Source of the DNA: an uncultured Alphaproteobacteria bacterium
GTDB lineage: Bacteria > Bacteroidota > Ignavibacteria > OLB7
DNA: 64,000 bases
Reading direction: 5' to 3'
NCBI GenBank assembly: GCA_964462535.1
Contig: CAYWXV010000012.1
Location: 16,601-80,600 of the forward strand
Shown here: piece after piece, positions 59,482-64,000 of the stretch
How positions within the stretch are numbered: the first letter of the stretch is position 1
Layout: each line of letters opens with the position of its first letter
Translations under genes and position numbers: made by a program
The notes under the pieces: model-generated
Databases searched by the model: none
What the model was told of the DNA's origin: nothing
The model's input: only the letters and a program-made list of their open reading frames with translations

Positions 59482-60555
59482 ATGAGCGTCTTGATCGACA
59501 AGAACACCCGCCTGCTGGTTCAGGGCATCACAGGAGGCGAAGGGACATTCCACACCTCGCAGATGCTGGAGTACGGCACCAATGTGGTTGCCGGCGTGAC
59601 ACCGGGGAAGGGTGGAACGGACTACCATCCACAAGAGTTCAAGCGCGCCGTTCCGGTCTTCGATTCTGTCCAGCAAGCCGTCGAGGCCACACGGGCCAAC
59701 GCGTCGGTGATTTTCGTGCCCGCCCCCTTCGCGGCCGATGCCATCAAGGAAGCGGCTGATGCTGGAATCCCTCTTGTTGTTTGCATCACCGAGGGTATTC
59801 CTGTCGAGGATATGGTGATGGTGCACGATTACCTGTCGAGCAGGGGGACGCGGCTGGTCGGACCGAACTGTCCCGGCGTCATCACACCGGATGAATGCAA
59901 GATTGGCATCATGCCCGGGTTCATTCACAAGAAGGGTTCGGTCGGTGTCGTCTCACGCTCCGGAACGCTTACCTACGAAGCGGTTCGTCAGCTCACGGAT
60001 GTCGGGCTTGGTCAGTCGACATGCATCGGTATCGGTGGAGATCCGATTATCGGTACCCGGTTCATCGACGCGATACAGCTCTTCAATGAAGACCCGAAGA
60101 CCGAAGCGATACTCATGATCGGTGAGATTGGTGGATCGGCCGAGGAAGAGGCGGCCGCGTTTGTTGCCGCGAATGTCCGCAAGCCGGTTATCGGGTTCAT
60201 CGCTGGTCGAACGGCTCCCCCCGGCAGGCGAATGGGGCATGCCGGCGCAATTATTTCCGGGGGAAAGGGGACGGCAGCGGAGAAGACTGCTGCGATGAGC
60301 GCGGCAGGAATTCGCGTCGTCGAATCGCCAGCCGAACTCGGCGTCACCGTCAAAGCGGCGCTTGAAGCGCGAGGCAACGGAGCTGCCGCAAAGAAGGTGG
60401 CACCAGCTGCGAAGACGGCCCCGGCTGCGAAGGCGGCCCCGGCTGCGAAGAAGGCGGCCACATCGGCGAAGGCGTCGCCGGCAGCGAAGAAGCCGGCAGC
60501 GGTGAAGAAGCCGTCGGCGGCAAAGAAGGTTGCCTCCGCAAGGAAGACGAAGTAG
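59482..60555 (+). CDS. sucD: Succinate-CoA ligase alpha subunit with Lys/Ala/Pro-rich C-terminal extension
   Basis: [37 protein letters not shown] and RMGHAGAI, followed by a ~60 aa PAAK tail. Confidence 0.97.
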   Translation: MSVLIDKNTRLLVQGITGGEGTFHTSQMLEYGTNVVAGVTPGKGGTDYHPQEFKRAVPVFDSVQQAVEATRANASVIFVPAPFAADAIKEAADAGIPLVVCITEGIPVEDMVMVHDYLSSRGTRLVGPNCPGVITPDECKIGIMPGFIHKKGSVGVVSRSGTLTYEAVRQLTDVGLGQSTCIGIGGDPIIGTRFIDAIQLFNEDPKTEAILMIGEIGGSAEEEAAAFVAANVRKPVIGFIAGRTAPPGRRMGHAGAIISGGKGTAAEKTAAMSAAGIRVVESPAELGVTVKAALEARGNGAAAKKVAPAAKTAPAAKAAPAAKKAATSAKASPAAKKPAAVKKPSAAKKVASARKTK

Positions 60556-60747
60556 GGGCCCGTCCAGTCATGGACAGGTGACGGCCGTCACAGCCGAATA
60601 ACATCCCAGGCGCTCTGTCGACTAACCAGAGCCCGGTCCCACGTGTTAGATAGAACGTGCGATCGTGGATCAGGCGGACGACAGAGACAACGCACGGCTT
60701 GCCGTGCGTTCGCGCTTATTCCCACGATCAATCAATACTGGAACCAC

Positions 60748-61167
60748 GTGGAACAGACTCTTTGCATGATCAAGCCGGACGCCGTCCGTGCGAACGTGAT
60801 TGGAGAAATCATCGCCATGATCACCGGCGCCGGCTTCCGCATTCTCGGTTTGAAGATGCTCCACATGTCGCGTGGCGACGCCGAGCGTTTCTACGAGATC
60901 CACAGCGAACGCCCGTTCTTCAACTCCCTCTGCGAATTCATGTCCAGTGGGCCAACTGTGGTCATCGCCCTTGCGCGTGAAAATGCGATCGCGGAGTACA
61001 GGAACCTCATCGGCGCAACCGATCCGGCCGAAGCCGCCGAAGGGACGATTCGCAAGCGATTCGCCGCAAGCAAGGGAGAGAACGCCGTGCACGGATCGGA
61101 TTCCGTGGAGAACGGGCTCCGTGAGATTTCGTTCTTTTTTGCCGAGCGAGAACTCGCGAGGGTCTAA
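60748..61167 (+). CDS. ndk: Nucleoside diphosphate kinase
   Basis: EQTLCMIKPDAV, FYEIHSERPFF, GATDP..A..GTIR and NAVHGSDS; GTG start at 60748. Confidence 0.97.
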   Translation: MEQTLCMIKPDAVRANVIGEIIAMITGAGFRILGLKMLHMSRGDAERFYEIHSERPFFNSLCEFMSSGPTVVIALARENAIAEYRNLIGATDPAEAAEGTIRKRFAASKGENAVHGSDSVENGLREISFFFAERELARV

Positions 61168-61382
61168 CGGACAGATCGTCGCAGGGTGATTGGCGGGGTG
61201 GAGTACTTGCGCAATTGGGGAGCGAACGGTCGTTCAGGCATGTTGCGCGTCTCTGATTCGTCTCATTCAACCCAACGACGAGGGTGGCGATCTCTCCAGG
61301 TACGACCGTGTGGCCAGCATGCGGGTGTCTGCCGTGTCGGTCGCTACACACATTCGAAATCGACGTAACCGAAACGCATCGT

Positions 61383-62375
61383 ATGAACGGACGCAACTAT
61401 TCGGCTCTGATCCTCTTTTTCCTGATTCCGCTGTCGCTTGTTGCGCAGGGGACTGATCCGGAAGGACGTAATTCCGTTCCGACCTCACTCCAGTTCGGGC
61501 CACCGCTGCGGGCGCAGTTCGTCTTTGCCTACAAGTACACCGAGCGGGTTCGCACGCTCCTTGAGCTGGAAGGGACTCCGTACGATAGCACGGACCGAAC
61601 GCTCACCTACTTCATGACCATGCATCAGACGGTCAGCAACGATGGCAGCCGTCGTGTCATGGTGGAACTGAACGTCGACTCAATGCAGCTGGATCTTCGT
61701 TCGTCCGGAGACTCGCTCCACTTCCACACACAGCACCTTCAGGGGGACGATTGGAACATGGTGCGGCATCGAGAGATCCTTGTCCCTTCTGCCTTTGTGA
61801 GTCGACCCTTGATGTTTCAGCTATCCCCGTATGGGGAAATCATGGGGATAAGTGGAAAGGCGCTCGCCGATCTGCGCGAGCAGGGGGAGATCCCGGAGGT
61901 TGATCCATTCACGCGAGCGCGACTGAAGGAACTCACGACGGACGACTATATGGCCTCGGTCCTCCTCCCGTGGAGATGCGTGGTTCCGCTTGGCGCGCTG
62001 GTGGAAGTCGAACGACCGGTAGTTCTCAAGAGTGTTCCCCTCACGCTGGATCGCGTTGCGTTTCGGAACAACGTCAACTCGACGCTGGAGTTCGGCAAGG
62101 ACGGACTCCCGGTCCTTCGATTCGACGCGACACTTGATTCAGTCGTGACGCCGACGATAACCCTCCTGCAGTTCGATCAGCCACTCAATGTCGTGGGTGC
62201 AGAGGGGACGATTACAGGGAAGTTGAAGATGCAGGAGGATGGCGTTGTGACAGGAGGGTGGTCGGTTGCCACCGGTACGATCAATGCCGATCGGGGTGGA
62301 CAGAAGGTGACGGAACGGGTCACGCACGAGGTCTTCATCGAATCGATGGGAACAGTAACATACGCTGGGGGATAG
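61383..62375 (+). CDS. Exported hypothetical protein (DUF6263-like)
   Basis: Signal peptide ...LSLVAQG; beta-rich; paralogous to the next gene. Confidence 0.55.
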   Translation: MNGRNYSALILFFLIPLSLVAQGTDPEGRNSVPTSLQFGPPLRAQFVFAYKYTERVRTLLELEGTPYDSTDRTLTYFMTMHQTVSNDGSRRVMVELNVDSMQLDLRSSGDSLHFHTQHLQGDDWNMVRHREILVPSAFVSRPLMFQLSPYGEIMGISGKALADLREQGEIPEVDPFTRARLKELTTDDYMASVLLPWRCVVPLGALVEVERPVVLKSVPLTLDRVAFRNNVNSTLEFGKDGLPVLRFDATLDSVVTPTITLLQFDQPLNVVGAEGTITGKLKMQEDGVVTGGWSVATGTINADRGGQKVTERVTHEVFIESMGTVTYAGG

Positions 62376-62482
62376 GCAACTGTCCGCCGGGGATTGAGTA
62401 GATTGCGCTCCGTCCTGTGCCGCCACCGGTACTTCTGGTCCGTCCGGCAGCGCTCCCCCATCTCCCCTGTAGTAGAACCTAG

Positions 62483-63652
62483 ATGACCTCTTCCCCGATT
62501 CGCGTCAGGTTTGCGACGTATTCCCTTCGCTTCCTTTTTCTCCTGTTCGTAGCTGGTAGCCTGCTCATCTCCTGTGGTGACGGAGAGAAGGGACCATCCC
62601 ATCCGAAGAGTGCCAAGGGGGGGAAGGACTCGACGGGTCAGGGAGCAGACACGGCGGTCGCGAATGCAATTCCCGCCGCCACGTCAGAGCAGGCAAACGA
62701 ATTCGCCGACGCCACTCCCATCGCGGATACCACCGCCCGGTTCCAATTCACGCTCCGTCCCCATGTTGGTGACGTCTATCACTACCGCATCACGCAGAAG
62801 GGGAACACCCAGTCCGATTCGATGAAGGGATTTCAGGAGTCGATCTACGATTTTCATCAGACGATATCCGGGTTGAACGACGACGGTTCTATTCAGGTGG
62901 AGATGGTATACGACAGCGTGCGCTACAATCTGAACGTCCCCGCCGGACCCCTCAATCCCAAGGCACAGTCGTTCAGCTACAGCACACGACAGAAACCGGA
63001 CCAGAACATTCCCGAGACGGTGCAGGCTCATGCTCTCATCGGAAGGAAAGTGAATCTGATCATCTCGGCGAAGGGTGAGGTGACCGAGGTCTCGAATGTC
63101 GAGCCGATCGTGTCAGCGATGCTTGGTAAGTACCGCGATTCGCTGAGTCCTGCGGCCCTGGAGCAGGTGCGAGGGGGGATCAAGGCGTCGGCGTTCCAGG
63201 CTATGGCGTCGCAGCTCTTCCTTCGCTCCCGTCCTGATGGTGAGGCGCAGGTGAATCAGACGTGGAAGAGAGGTGACACGCTCCCCATCGGCGGAATTCC
63301 GATGGCCGTCAACGCCCTCTATCGTCTAGCGGAGGTTCGCAACGTCTCTGGACAACCGGTGGGAAAGATCGTGGTCGATCTCACATTCTCGTTCCCGCGA
63401 AAGAAGTTTGATCTCCCGGGAGGGTCCATTACACTCGATCAGGCGGAGGCAACCGGACGTGGCGACGTCCTTCAGAATCTGGGGTCAGGCTTTCCCATTC
63501 GAAAAACGAACCGCATAGATGTCCGATTGAAGATGACGGCGCGAACGAAGGATAGGAAGGAGGGGGAGACAGGTCCCCAGACGCAGTCGGTTTCTCAGCG
63601 CCTTACACAGGTTCTCGCAATTGAGCTTGTGGATTACAAGGGGGGAGAGTAA
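62483..63652 (+). CDS. Lipoprotein, DUF6263-like
   Basis: Lipobox LISC, GDVYHY, YDS.R, LIG..V.L.IS.KGEV..V and PDGEAQVNQTW. Confidence 0.6.
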   Translation: MTSSPIRVRFATYSLRFLFLLFVAGSLLISCGDGEKGPSHPKSAKGGKDSTGQGADTAVANAIPAATSEQANEFADATPIADTTARFQFTLRPHVGDVYHYRITQKGNTQSDSMKGFQESIYDFHQTISGLNDDGSIQVEMVYDSVRYNLNVPAGPLNPKAQSFSYSTRQKPDQNIPETVQAHALIGRKVNLIISAKGEVTEVSNVEPIVSAMLGKYRDSLSPAALEQVRGGIKASAFQAMASQLFLRSRPDGEAQVNQTWKRGDTLPIGGIPMAVNALYRLAEVRNVSGQPVGKIVVDLTFSFPRKKFDLPGGSITLDQAEATGRGDVLQNLGSGFPIRKTNRIDVRLKMTARTKDRKEGETGPQTQSVSQRLTQVLAIELVDYKGGE

Positions 63653-63654
63653 TC

Positions 63655-64000
63655 ATGTCGTTCGATCAGCCAAAACTGGCCGACGCATTCAAGCCGCAGG
63701 ATGGCGTTGCGGTAGTCATCACCCTTCTCGGCGTGGCGATCGCGCTCTTTCTGCCCGACGCCATTATCAAGCTGATTGGAGCGTCCATCGCTGTACTCGG
63801 TGGGCTTGCGCTCTATATCACGCTCCGGCAACGAATCGCCGACTCGGTATCACTCCGTCAGAGACGGACCACGCTCCCTCCCCCAGCTTTCAAGACGAGC
63901 GTTACAACGGATCAGGCGACCAGCACGACCCGCATTCGTTTCGATGACTTTCAGGAGTCGTTCTCGCCAGAGGACGATGAGGGTGAAGCTCCACCCGTCG
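63655..64000 (+). CDS. Membrane-anchored protein, 5' part only (runs off the window)
   Basis: Hand-translated as MSFDQPKLADAFKPQDGVAVVITLLGVAIALFL...GGLALYITLRQR (two TMs); frame open to the window end. Confidence 0.7.
   Translation, partial: MSFDQPKLADAFKPQDGVAVVITLLGVAIALFLPDAIIKLIGASIAVLGGLALYITLRQRIADSVSLRQRRTTLPPPAFKTSVTTDQATSTTRIRFDDFQESFSPEDDEGEAPPV

Noticed and set aside
59254-59928. N-terminal extension of the PBP2 ORF over sucD, and the 59383 extension of sucD
   Set aside because: The extension is antisense to sucD. The true starts are 59253 (mrdA) and 59482 (sucD), with promoter boxes between them.

Overview
This is an AT-moderate, roughly 60% GC chromosomal window with mostly housekeeping and envelope genes. 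It comes from an FCB-group bacterium, probably of the Kapabacteria/Ignavibacteria type. That placement is inferred from a Bacteroidota-type short primary sigma factor, TAnnTTTG -7 promoter boxes, and separately encoded secD and secF. Contents in order: a partial Tat-lipoprotein Mo-oxidoreductase with an outer-membrane barrel; a serine palmitoyltransferase-bacterial ceramide synthase fusion behind gatC-kdsB; a triple tandem non-coding unit; msrP; a MacA/two-permease/TolC cluster without an ATPase; a methyltransferase-PPK2-B12 radical SAM operon; an ECF sigma with a dual-membrane-spanning-type anti-sigma; a complete alternative complex III (actABCDEFG)-SCO-caa3 oxidase operon; rlpA; a second ceramide-synthase paralog with tamB and rfaE1/2; the primary sigma factor preceded by a degenerate VapBC-like pair; tmk; ompA; pyk; secD/F; purA; mrdA; sucD with a histone-H1-like tail; ndk; and two paralogous exported proteins. 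No CRISPR array, rRNA, tRNA or transposase was recognised. The strongest novelty candidates are two. (1) At 5198-5695, three independent promoter-sRNA-terminator cassettes, each with a fixed-spacing ECF-type promoter (GGGAAC[C/T]-N16-GGTATG) and a covarying two-hairpin RNA of about 80 nt. (2) At 1562-3958, the Spt-bCerS fusion, which joins two consecutive steps of bacterial ceramide synthesis. All family assignments were made by eye from motifs; no database search was run.
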